Positions 25,940-38,560 of a DNA stretch of 64,000 nt are shown piece by piece. Position 1 is the first letter of the stretch. Every line of letters begins with the position of its first letter. Source of the DNA: Nageia nagi. Taxonomy: Eukaryota > Plantae > Pinophyta. A program made the position numbers and the translations under genes. Under the pieces are notes generated by a model. That model was not told the origin of the DNA. It searched no databases and saw only the letters and a list, made by a program, of their open reading frames with translations. The DNA lies in NCBI GenBank assembly GCA_050084985.1, contig JBITNC010000001.1, positions 147,312,001-147,376,000 on the forward strand. Reading direction: 5' to 3'.

Positions 25940-26310
25940 TAGAAAAAACACCTAACTAAGCATAGATATGGAGCCTCAAATAGTAGCATTGGCTTGTATG
26001 ATAGTGTAAAAATTGAACATCATGAGAGTAGAGTTCATAACTAACATCCAACAAGAAGTATAATATAAATATGTTGAGCCAAATATATAATTGTAAAAGA
26101 TGGAATACCAAATATGCTTGACTAATAACATGATCCCAATCTCAATAGGTTGTGTTGAGAAACATTTAAATGTAGGTACCAAATATTGAAATGAAATCTT
26201 TATGCTTTCCCATGTAATCATACTCACATTTAAATATGCATGGCAACCTCCACATAGAAACTAGCATCATTATTGGGGTACCCTACACAAATAAAGATAA
26301 GATTATATGA
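25940..26310 (+). pseudogene. Probable retroviral-type aspartic protease relic
   Basis: ata gat (a) tat gga gcc tca aat agt resembles ID.GASNS, followed by QICLTNNMIPISIGCVE and SLLGYP (LLG.P motif). Heavily decayed. Confidence 0.4.
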
Positions 26311-27169
26311 AAAGTGTCTTAAGTGTATCAACATTACATACATAATATAATATTAATATAAGAAAACACTTAATAATGACACATAAGGTGCACCAAAATT
26401 TAGTGTCAATGGATGCCCTCTTTGGAAATATAATGAAATTAAACATTATTGAAATGTAATTGTGTTTAAAAAGGAAGTAGAAAAGATAGAGGAACAAAAA
26501 TTAGATACTTTCTTATTTTGATCATTAATGATATATGTATCAACTTGGTGTATATCAAAGAATATAAATTATTGGAGGTAACAAATCTTGTATGGTTCTT
26601 AATATTACTAAAATATATTTACACCTATGTTTATTATTTTAGGAAGTAAAATAATATGCATATACTAAATGATAAGTAAAGACACCATGAAATAACATAA
26701 CATGGTCAGGATTTAAAATCCTACCATGATATAGCCAATTTCACATGGGACCTAAGGAAGATATGGGTATGAAATTTTGTGGGCTTCTCTAAGAGCCATT
26801 AACAAATCATTGTAAAGACTTTTATATTAATTTAAGTTACATAGGTAAATAGGGTATGAACATACAATTCATATAAAATGAATTTCATGTATTAACCTCT
26901 TGTTTATAGTAACTTATGCAATATATATTCCTATAATAAATCATGCTTGTATATAGATAAAAAAATATTGGTCTCTCATCATGTGAATGTGATACATGTG
27001 ATCACTTCTATATTTGGTATTTATCATTTATCCCATATTTAGCATCACAATTATATTAAAGAATGTTTTCCCTTTGGTCATTGATTTACAATGGGTTGAC
27101 TCTATAAGCTTGGAATGGGAAATTGATTTTTGGAGTTAGTTAAGGAATTTATGATCTTCTAAATGTTTT

Positions 27170-27700
27170 ATTCCCCTATTGACATTAGGGATTGAAATTA
27201 TCTTTGATCAATTTAGCAAGTCCAATGGATTCTGTAATGGTGTTGGGAATAAACATCTTCAATTCCACTCTAATTTCTTCCTTAAATCTACTAATGAAGT
27301 AACTCTTGAAAAATTATTCATCTAGCTCATTGATCTCATTTTTAAGTTTCTAAAACTGAGTTTGATATTCCTTCACTAATGTAGTTTGGCATAATTTTAT
27401 AAGATCATAGTAAAATTTTCAAAATCGTCTGGACTAAATCTAACTAATATATTTTGGTAAATTCCCACTAAGTAAGGATTATATTTATATTTTTAAACTA
27501 TTACTACTATCATATGAACTCATTATCTATATGGAAGGATAAAATTTTGATGTTTTATACCTCAAGAATTTAGTTCAATGATAAATAGTATTTTACCAAA
27601 AAAATAGAAAGGGTTAGTTCATTGCCATCAACTTTTCAAAAATCTAACTTGGTTTTCCTTGGAAGAATGAATTCTTAATGAGGACCATGGTATATTTGGT
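27170..27700 (-). pseudogene. Chromovirus (Reina/CRM-like) gag fragment
   Basis: Minus strand DF*KVDGNE ... RFSPDDFE ... LIKLCQTTLVKEYQTQF*KLKNEINELDE*FFKSYFISRFKEEIRVELKMFIPNTITESIGLAKL. Confidence 0.8.
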
Positions 27701-28934
27701 GTATTTATCCTACAATTTGATGAGATCATAAACCTAAAATATTGGTAGACTATATTTGCATATTTATTTGTATTATTTATTGCACTAATTATAGGTTCTT
27801 TCTCAAAGTGCTTTATTTGCCATCTAGCCATACTTTTTTTATCTCCATATTATCAAAGGTAGTTTTGAAGTTGACTTGAATCAACATATGGTTAATTAAT
27901 TTAAACTTATTGTAAAACTTATTTATATCTTGAGATCTTGTTTCTTACATCATCAAAAACATTATCAAAATTTACTAAGTCCCTACTTACTATCTATAGA
28001 AATTGCTATTTTTGGAAATTGAAAACTTTTATGGATTATATATATCAAAATAATTAATTTTAAGAGATGATAATACTTGGATAGATCATAAAATAATAAT
28101 TTTTGAAATTTGAGAGTTCTTTTTTGTCAAAAATATTACTAAAGATAATGGGCAGTTGCTCTCAATTTTTATTAATTGTACACATTTTTAGAGATATTGA
28201 CCTTTAAAGTTTTTATCTATTTTTAAGGTTTCTATTTATATAATTCAAATAGAGGTTTTAAAAAAACTGAGGGTTTATCAAAATTAGCTAATCAAATATA
28301 ATCTTAAAACCTACTTAAATTATAAAATTTGGCCATAATCATAACCCAATATACCAAAGTAATCAACTCAAAAAAGGGTATCACAATATAGTCTCAAATT
28401 TTGACACATTTTTTTGGTAAAATTTTGAAAAATATTTATTCTAAAAATTTCTAAAATATATGGTTTCCACTCATTTTGAATTTGTAAAAAAAATACATTC
28501 TTAAAATTTGCCAATAGGTAGCCAAAATTGAAGCCTTCATACTAGTTTTTAGGAATGTAAAAGACTTAAATGGGGCATTTAACCAAAATAGAAATAAAAT
28601 AACAACATATTTATACTTTAAATAATATGTATATTCAATAAATATAATTTAGAAATTTAGAATTATAATAATATAGTAGAATAAGATAACTTTATTGAAT
28701 GGTAATATGAATTGCAAGGCACTTGAAGGGGTTTCCATGATCCAAAAATTGGATCAATAAAGAATTCATAACCTATATAGCCTTACCTTGTTCAAAGAGA
28801 ACCCTTACCATGGTTAGAAATATGATAATTATAGTTAGAAGACCCTTACTATAAGCAAGAATACCCTTTTCATAACATGAAGAAAAAATATTTTCTTGAG
28901 TTTGAGGAAACACCTACCGAGATCTAAAGAAATA

Positions 28935-29340
28935 CTTGTCACAATGTGACAAAACATATGATGACATCATATTCATAGTGCAATTTTTAGTATTTAAGAT
29001 CTTATTAGAGTTTGATAAGCCATATGCTAAATTTATCATCTTCATATCATGATATTCAATATTGAAGATGTTATCAGAATGTGATAAACCATACGATGAC
29101 ATCATCATGTTTGTGATGCAAATTTTAGTATTGAAAGCCTTACATGAGTGTGGTAAATAATATAATAATATTATCATTATCATAAATCATCATTAAATAT
29201 TAAATACCTTACCATAGTTTGACATCCCTTATGCTAATATTATCATCTTTATAGTGGGATATTAGGTGGATAAGTATTTCTCAGACATGATATACTAGGT
29301 TCTTAGATCATCATTTCATGGTATGGTATCATTATTAAAA
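28935..29340. repeat. ~69-bp tandem array in the 5' LTR of the CRM-like element
   Basis: About 5-6 diverged units of the form (g)agtgtga.aaaccatatgctaacatcatcatctt...tattgaagatcttatt. Confidence 0.8.
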
Positions 29341-31629
29341 CATTAAACTTATAAATAATGGCATGGTAATACATTTAAAGATTTTGTAATATTATTAAAT
29401 ATTTTATAACCATTGATCTTCACCCATAACCATTGTAATGACTTGACACATGTAAAATGGGAGGTTAAAGTGTTTAGAAGAGAGGTAGAGTTTATGAAAG
29501 AAATTAAAATGAATGCAAGATTTTGGTTTTGGATACAAACTTCTAGAGATCCCATTGAAAGGTATATTTTAAAGGAGGATATTTAAAAATGGATAGCATT
29601 CATCTTTATTACGAGGCAAACAAGTAAATTTTAATTGCACAAGAAAAGTTGCAGAACTAGGAGTTACAAACATGGTATTTGTCTGGTTGAATGTAACATT
29701 CTTATGTAATAAATAAGATCAAAATACTATTTAATTTGTTATTTTATTTATTTTTCTCTATGTATGAATGAATATAGTGGAATATTATTTTATAGTATTA
29801 TTTAGAAGGAAACCATTACATTGAATGATAGGGAACATAGAAAAGAATATGAATATTATCTTCTTTTTTTTTTTTTTAATTTAAGGATCCGTGTATGCTA
29901 TAAGCATCTTATGATTACACATCATATAGTATCAGAGTTGGTTAAGAGCATTATTGGGTATTTATTAATATATTATAAATTTCTAGTAATTTTATGCTTA
30001 TGACAAGATCTAGGAGTGAAGAGAATTTAGTGAAGGTAAACCACAAGATTGGCTCTAGAATTTAGTAGAGAAAGAAAAGAGAAATGGACATGGAGAATAA
30101 TGAGTTTAGAAGGAATATTACAAGCATGGATGTAATGCTCCAAGACTTGGTCACAAAACTTACAATTTTGAAGAATTTTAAAGTATGGAAGGAAATAAAT
30201 AGTGGAGAGAGTTTAGATGAAACTAAGAATTTACATTTAATGTTAAAAGTCAAGTTTGATCTCAAATCCTTTGTAGGGGAGATTGCTATTGAAAATTTGA
30301 ACCCATGGTTGAAGCAATTAAAGGTATTTTTCAAAGTCCAAAAATTGAAGAGAAATATTCTATGAAGAAGAAGCTACTAAGGATAATATTACTATAAAAA
30401 TAAAAATAAAATAATGATAAGATAACTCAATTCTTAAACTATAAGAAATTAGGGTATGAGGAGGATAAGTGTTGGTATACATATCAAAAACTTAGACCTA
30501 AATAATTTAAATAGAAACATGAGAAAAAGATAGCAATATCACTCCATACAAAGCCAATGATAAAGGAATAAGGTATTTGTAAGGTTACATATTCTTTATA
30601 TGTTTATAAAATCCTTAATTGCATGGTTCTTATTGGATGATAGTTTAAAGGTGAAAAATTGAAGAAAAAAAGGAGTTATTCTACATCAAGATCCAAGCTA
30701 AGTAACCAAGATTGATGCACTTATTGATCCTAGATATCATGTGAATCTAATTTAAAAAAAAAATTAGAGTAGAATATGAGATTGAATATGTATCCTCATT
30801 CATGATATTATCCACTTAAGAGGATAGTAAATTTGACAAAGATGCAAGTCATGGACAAAATGGTAGCTGAGGTTTTCCATTAATGATGATTATATTGATG
30901 ACACTGAATTTAATGTTATACTTGTTGATGTTATTGAAGTAGTGTTGGGTAGTTCTTATTTATTTGATAGGGCTGCTATATATTATAGGCATAAGAATGA
31001 ATATCACCTTATAAAGGAGGGTAGAAAATTTGTAATAAAGTATCACATAGGAAAAACTACAAATTTTATTCTCATACTAAGGAATATAAAGTAAAAAATT
31101 AACACTTATAAGAGTAAAATATCCAAAAGAAAAATAAAAACATATTCATCCATCATGTAATTATATGTTGAGATAAAAATAAAAGATAATAAAGATGAAC
31201 TAGTGTAGTAGAGTGGAAGTGTTGAGAAAAATAAAAACTTACTACCCTTACATGTTGAATGAAGGGATTATGCTATGAAATCATTGGATGATTTCAACAC
31301 ATACAACATGGGATAAAAAATGATATGGATTTCCTTTGGAAATTATTGTTCCTTTTTATTATACTTAATAAGTATTTGGGGACCAAATTCCTACCCATTG
31401 TGGATGTGTGATTAAAAACTTGGATCAATAAAGATTTAACAACTTGTAAAACCTTAACATAGTCAAAGAGAACCCTTAACATGATAAAAAAAAAATGATA
31501 GCCATATTTAGTTAACCTTGGAAGTGGAAAGGAAACCATTATCAAGGGTAGCAAAATCCTTGACATGGGTAGGAAGAAAAATAATTTACAAGGTTCTAGG
31601 AAATCACCTATTGAGGTTTATGAAAATAC

Positions 31630-32030
31630 CTATCATGATATCATAAATCATATACTAACATCAGTAGCTTCATAGTATGGTGATAAATATTGAATATCTT
31701 ATTAGAGTATGGTAAACCATATATTGATATCATCATCTTCATGGTACACTATTCAATATTGAATATTTTATAGAAGTATAACAAACCATTTACTAATATC
31801 ATCATCTTCACAATATGATATTGAGTACTAAAGATCTTTCTGGAGTGTGACAAATCATATGCTAACATCATCATACTTGTGATATGATGTTCAATATTAA
31901 TGAATTAATAGAGTGTAACATATCTTATGCTAACATCATCATCTTTGTGGTGCAACATTTAGTGGATAAATTTTATCGAAATATAGCATATGGGGTAATT
32001 ACATCATCATCTAATGATACATTTTTATTG
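31630..32030. repeat. ~69-bp tandem array in the 3' LTR of the CRM-like element
   Basis: Units start near 31705, 31773, 31842 and 31911, with the same consensus as 28935-29340. Confidence 0.8.
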
Positions 32031-35000
32031 TTAAATAAATGAGCTCATAAATCATTACATGGTAACAAAATTAAATGTTTAGAAATTCTATTAAAGATAC
32101 ATCATTTATCTTCAACTGTAACTATTGTAACAACCTAAGACATTAAAAGGGTAGTTATTAAGGTTAGAAGAGTGGTAGAGTTTGTGTGGAATGATAATAA
32201 GATATAAATTTTGGCTATAAAGTCTTGAGAGCTCCATTAAAAGGCATATTTTAGATGAGAATATTTGAAAAGGAAGAATACTCATATTTCTTAGGAGGCA
32301 ACATAATAGATTTTAGTTATATACAAAAAGTTCCAAACCTGGAATTTGTAGACATGGTCCTTGCTTGGTAGAATATAATATTATTATGTAATAAATAAGA
32401 TCAAAATACTCTTGAATCTATTATTTCATTATGTACTCTCCATTTATGAATGAATTTAGTAGAATATTGTTATATAGTATTATTTAGAAGGTATTCATTG
32501 TATTTTATGATACAAAACATTGGATAAAGTATGAAAATTAAGTCTTAAAATTTGTATTTAATGATCTGCATATGCTATAAGCATCTAATTATTATATATA
32601 ATTTCTCCTTACAACATAAAAGATAATTAATTCACCAAGATGCTATATTTTACCCTGTTACACCTATTTATAGTGATTCTATCCTAACCCTAATTATTGG
32701 TTTAATATAAAATGAATATTATCCTTAAAAGTATATGATGGTTCAAATACAAGTTTATATAAGATAATAATAACTAAATAATAATGGTTGTTAAATATTA
32801 TTAAAGGTGGAACTAACATAATTTTAGGTATTATAAAATATATATTGATGGTATCCCTATGACACCATCTTAGACTTCCTATTGGCTCATTTAAGGTATC
32901 ATAAAAGATCCATAGTTAAGATACATCCCTATATGATATATATCCAATCTATAACCACTATAATGATTGTAAGTAGACTCCTATTTTATTATTTTATAGA
33001 ATTATAAAATATGGATCACAATAAATTAAAATTGGACTAGGTCATACAAAATCTTTATTACGATAGATGGCTAGATTTCTAGAGAATCCATTTTCGTACT
33101 TTTTGGACATTAAATGTTCTATTGTGAGAATAAATTATCCATGATCCTTCTTCATTAGATAACCTCATTCTTAAGAATATAATTTGTAATGATATATATT
33201 ACATTTAATTTATCTTTGATCATAAAGTGTTATATCTTTTAAAATATGTTATCTATGTGAATACATATTTCTTTTATGTTCCTTAAGTTATCTTTCCCAA
33301 TCTTAGAAAGTAGAGCTTTATCTTATGGATCCTTCAAGCTAGAAGATAAAAAAATTAATTTTAAGAATTTATTTTTCTTTACTTATCCATTCTTATTTGT
33401 ATTATGTAGTTTCAATTCTTTTTATTGCATATCCAAAGAGGACAAATATAGTAGATGCCTAATTATATTTTTTTTAGCTATAAAATCATATTTATGGTAT
33501 TTATATTACTTTTTAAATCATATGAATATCAAGATTAATATATACTAATAATGTGCTAATAAAGGATAATATGTAAGGTCCCCATGAATTATCCAATATT
33601 AAAAGTTCTTTATGTGCAAGTAAGGTTTTTTCTAGTAGGTAGGAGTGATAACAAGGGTGAGCACCATGTACTTGATAGGCTTCATTAGGTAGAGCAAGTG
33701 GTAACAAGTAAGGAGGTAACTTAAAGTAGTTTGGATTTCCATCGTGGGATGGTAAGGGCTATTCCTACTATGGGCCTCATTTTTTTAGGTTTTTTTCTAG
33801 CTTGAAGGATATCAAGTGTATTAGATAGGATAGCTTAGGCTAAGGGGTTATGGTATGGATGGGCTATAGTGACTAATAACATAGTAAAGGATGGAGAAGC
33901 CTTGAAGATCTTGGTGTAGCCTATTCAAGAAATAAAAAGCTACGATGGATAGAGGCCCCTCTATTGAAGGTGAAATAGGGGAGGAAGAAGATATGTCTTA
34001 GATTTCCAAAGGCTATTATCAACTAGTTTGTAGGTAAAGGAAGATTTAGTCTAGTTTGCAGGCTATATGGTGCAATGAAAAATATTGATTCTGTTCGAGA
34101 ATGGGCTAAACTAAAATGAAAAATCAAAGCACATGCAAAGATTATCACTATGCCCAATGATTCCTTATATTTATCTTTGATAATGGAAATGATTGAGATT
34201 ATATCTTGAGCCCACTATGGTTTTATGAGAAGTGAGAATTATTCTTAGAGAAATGATAGCCAAGGTTCAATCCTACAAGGGTTGAATTAATGAATACTCC
34301 AATTTGGATCATTCTTTTGCACCTACCTTTTAAATTATGATATCAAATTTTTTTGAAGGAATTGTAGGATGTTTTAAAAAATTTATTATAGTGGATGAAG
34401 TCACCAAAGCTCACATAAGACTCGTAGAGGTAAGTTTCTATATCATGGTTGAATACAAGATAAAGCTACCAAAGATTATCATGCTCAAATCAAACTTAGG
34501 AGAGTGGGTTTAGTAATTATGATTTGAAAGAAATAACTACCAATGCTCAATAGGTAATCAAGCTAGGTATAATAGTAACTCATACCCTACTTAGTAGGTA
34601 TGAAGACCAAAATTTCATCAAGATGAGTATAATTAGAATAAGATGTGTAGACAACTAGTGTTGATAATGAGAATATTTTGAATAATGATGATAAATCAAG
34701 AAAAGACACAACCAAATTTGAAAAGGCACTTATCTCAGATTTGACTTTTGGATCTCTAGTTTTTGTAATTGTAGTTTATGGAGTTGGTGCATCTGATGTG
34801 GCTCTATGAATGGTAAATAATTATAATAATAATGAATTTATCCCTAATTTGATCACCATCAAAGGAAATATAGATAATAATATTCATAGGAAAGGCTTCA
34901 TGGAGGAGCAACCACTAAATTATGGTTGGAAAAAGGTAATTCCTAGAAAGAGATGACAAAATCCTCCTCTTAAAAATATGTCTAACTCTAATGATAGTCA

Positions 35001-36879
35001 AACCCTTAGAGGTAATAATAAAATCATAAGTAGTATTTAAAAGAACCTTAATGTGTAACACTACTCAACTTTCACCATCTAAAACCCTTAAATTTAAGAC
35101 TATTTTTTTTAATCATTGATTCATTCATTGACTTCTCGTTGATATATTATCAACTTTATTTAGTCTTCATAATTTCTTTCTAAGTATAAGGGTTTGTTTA
35201 CCAGGCATTCCTATCCTTGCTTGCGAGTGGATACTCCTAATAATCATACCCTTTTTTTATTTGGACTTATTTATCATATCCTTCATCTTGAGAAGGTGTA
35301 CTTGTTATTTTTTAAAAGTTTAATATTACTAATTTAAGTGCAATTAAATGTTCAAGATAACTTATGATTTCAATCCCATACAATCCCAAGCATCTTGAAT
35401 TATTTCTCATAGTATCCCCAAACTATCCCATTTAATCCCAAAGGGTCCCTAATATTTCTCATATGGTCCTCAATCTTAATTTGGGTCCTAATGACTAATT
35501 TGGGATCCTTTCCAATCATTTGAATATTTAATAATCCATAATTTATGTTGATCAATTTTTGTAATTTGTAAATAAAAATGAACACCATAACCTACTTTAA
35601 TTTCAAGTGAGATAATGTAACATTGATGATATTTTCTAATTCTAGTTTCCCACTTCATTAACGTATTTTGTAAACCATAAACTCTTTAAATTTCAAATTT
35701 AACAATTTCTTCAATATTTAATATGAACTAAATAATTTAATCAACTAAAGAATCTCAATAGATAAGACTACTTTTATCACACAAGTTATTACAAGAAGAG
35801 AGATTAAATAGTCTTATGGTAAAATTTAGAAGTAAATCCCTAAAACATATCATTAGTACATAGAAAATCACCTTTGTATTGAAATATCTAAAACATTGTA
35901 CTATGTACCTTTGATAATCTAATGAGATAAATAATAACCATGAATGAATTCAATGCTTGTACAAATGAGTCTAAATAATGCAAGAATCATAACCTTTGAC
36001 ATATTGGTTAGCTTTTCTCTTTGCTAATCTTTCTTAGTTTTACATCCAATATCAAATAGAACAAATAAATTAATGAAAATTCATTAGATATTAATCTTTA
36101 GTAATAGAACTCCTTATCCATGCTCTATTAAATCTTTTTTTAATGTACACTCAAAGTTTTTATGGATGAATGGTTATATGTACTAGGAGTGGATCTTAAG
36201 CATAAGAGGATCAGGATAGCTCATCACTTTTGGACCCTAATGAATATGTACATCATATTTTTAATTAATTCAATTACTTAGAAATAAATCAACACATCAT
36301 ATATTGGGAATTATCCCCATAGTAGTCTCAAGAGGTTTTATTCCATATGGAAGCCACCTCTCTTCATTGAACATAAAATAATAATTGACTTTAAATGGAT
36401 TTCATTATAAAGTTATGGTTGTACTAATAAATAGTTCATTTTTAAATAAAATTCATCATTCAATTAATTAGTTTCATATTTTAACATGCACTTACCAATG
36501 GAGTACACCATCTTATATAAGTAGTAAAACACAATGTAGTGATGTATGTCTTTTATAACCATCCTATCTTACTAATCTTGTAAAATTTGAAAATATTTTC
36601 TTCTACCATATATGATATATGATTTTTTTGTGATAAATTTCATTCTTAAACCTAATTAATAAATTAAATACTAAATACATTAATAGAACCTGTAATCAAA
36701 AATCCTCATTGTATTCTTTTTTTTGAAACATTAACAGTGAATAATAGATGAAACCATTAAGACACAATGCCTTCTCGGGCATTGAATATACTAAATCTAT
36801 TACATAAAATATATTAATGTGATTTATCTTCTTGAGATGTTATACAATAACCATAGATTCAATTTTATTGATATCTCAT

Positions 36880-37790
36880 TAATTGGTTTTATTTCAGGGG
36901 CTTGTGAGTTATTTGGTCTAGCATCCCACTCAAATGGAAAGGTTGGAAAGGCTCATAGGTTTTTGAAAGTACCTTTGCCAAATAAAGATCCAGACCCTAA
37001 AACCTTTACCAACATTCCCAAGACTTGAGAACTTTTCAACAATTAGTTGAAAATAACCTATTATTGTGAGATCAAACTTTCCAAACATTTTTAGCATAAG
37101 ATAAAATGGGATTTTTATTTAGAAGAGGATGTGAACAATGATGTTGTCATGTATAATATGAGACTTTGAATGTTTTGCCAAGGGTTCCTACACATATGCC
37201 TCGATGGAAAGATAGAGTAGACATTATATACAATGTGAATCAAACCCTACGATCTATGTAATGATGGTAATCATAGAGAGCATGGGCAATCAAAGAGCAA
37301 TCACCATAATAAATTCCACCCTTATGACCTTTCTTAGAATTATTCTAACTTACAATACAAGAGAGAGTTCTAAAATAGGATGTGTATAGTTATAAAGCTT
37401 AGTTGTAAATGACTTTTCATTACAATGCGAGCAAGTGTGAACATTCTTCAAAATTTTAGCTAGATTCTACAACTTCTATTCTCCCAAATAATTACTATGC
37501 ATAAATATCTAGTATAGTGGATGATATAATACCAAACAATTTATTTAGAATGATACAAAATCTAGACTCTACATCCTCTAAATGGCCAACAATATGATCC
37601 CAACCAATATTCTTTTGGTAGATGCCATGATGGATGGTGCTATATCTACAAGCTTTGTCATTATAGTCATCATTCAATATACAAGGGAAGGGTTGAATTA
37701 GTCAAAAAAATATTTAATTAGAAGAAATTGTTTGGCTTAGAGCCAAACTCTACAACCTTGACCAGCATTTTCAAAATGAGTCATCATTTG
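36880..37790 (+). pseudogene. Captured PLS-class PPR fragments inside LTR D (antisense to the LTR)
   Basis: GFISGACELFG; HSNGKVGKAHRFLKVPLPNKDPDPKTFTNI; PLMTFLRIILTYNTRESSKIG; KGRVELVKKIFN*KKLFGLEPNSTTLTSIFKM (37683-37778), cf. NG.VEKALE.FKQMQL.GVKPNSTTFASIL. Confidence 0.8.
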
Positions 37791-38169
37791 TAAGGTTAGA
37801 TCATAATAGTAAATACAAAATGGGTTCTCTAAAATTATTAAGCATTACAACAAATCCAAGTGTGAATCATAACTCTATAATTTTTTTTATATGCTACCAT
37901 GAGAACTCTAAGGTCCAATAAATAAAAATGGTTTAAACAAAAATATCAATAGTTTGTAATCCTTGAGACACAAAAATAATCATTGAGTAAATGAAGTCTT
38001 GGAATATAGTACTAGAATAAAAGTGAAATACCTTATTTTTAAAATAATATTGTAAGTTATAGGATAATTGACCATGTCCTTTCATACTATTTAAGAAATT
38101 AAAGGTTTTCTCTCTCTACTTTTACAATTTGAAAAAGAGTACAAGACCCCACATGTCATATACCAAACA

Positions 38170-38560
38170 AAAGGGTCTCTTCAAAGTACTTTAATAGTCA
38201 TAAATATTTAATGAATTCATATTTATTCTACAAACTATAATAAATGTAAGTAGGCTTTACAATGTATCTAAACAACAAGACAAAATTTTACATAAAGAAA
38301 TATCAAATAATTCTAAAGAGGTCTTTTCTAAAGTACTTTAATAAGTAAATAATTAAGTGGACCTATCTTTCCTCAATTCAATGAAAATAAATGTATCCCA
38401 TCTTGTCTAAGCATTTGTAACAAACTTCATATGTAAGAGTACCAAATAATTACAATGAATTCTTTTTCCATATTACTTTACTAGTAATATTGTCATAAAG
38501 AATCAAACAAGTCTATCTCTCTCCAAACTATAATAAATGTAATAAGAATTTTTGAGACAA
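38170..38560. repeat. ~145-bp diverged triplication within LTR D
   Basis: tctcttcaaagtactttaatag (~38177), tcttttctaaagtactttaataag (~38322), tctttttccatattactttactag (~38461); caaactataataaatgtaa recurs. Confidence 0.6.

Larger units (their letters stand above)
28738..32601 (+). mobile_element. Non-autonomous CRM-like LTR element (gag + protease only), 3.86 kb
   Basis: Direct repeats 28738-29924 and 31409-32601 (1187/1193 bp) with TGAT...(C)ATCA-type termini. PBS tagtatcagag at 29927-29937. Gag KVKFDLKSFVGEIAIENLNPWLKQLKVFF (ORF 30084-30365). Protease TKIDALIDP...VVLGSSYLFDR (~30700-30975). No room for RT/RNaseH/INT. Confidence 0.85.

Noticed and set aside
28914-29183. 89-aa repetitive ORF; 69-bp units as LRR-like coding repeats
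   Set aside because: The frames are not preserved in the second LTR and there is no LxxLxL pattern. Treated as a non-coding tandem repeat.
10560-37790. PPR fragments as remains of a resident PPR gene cluster broken up by TEs
   Set aside because: The fragments lie strictly inside LTRs (three of them TSD-bounded), at an equivalent position, and switch strand with the LTR.
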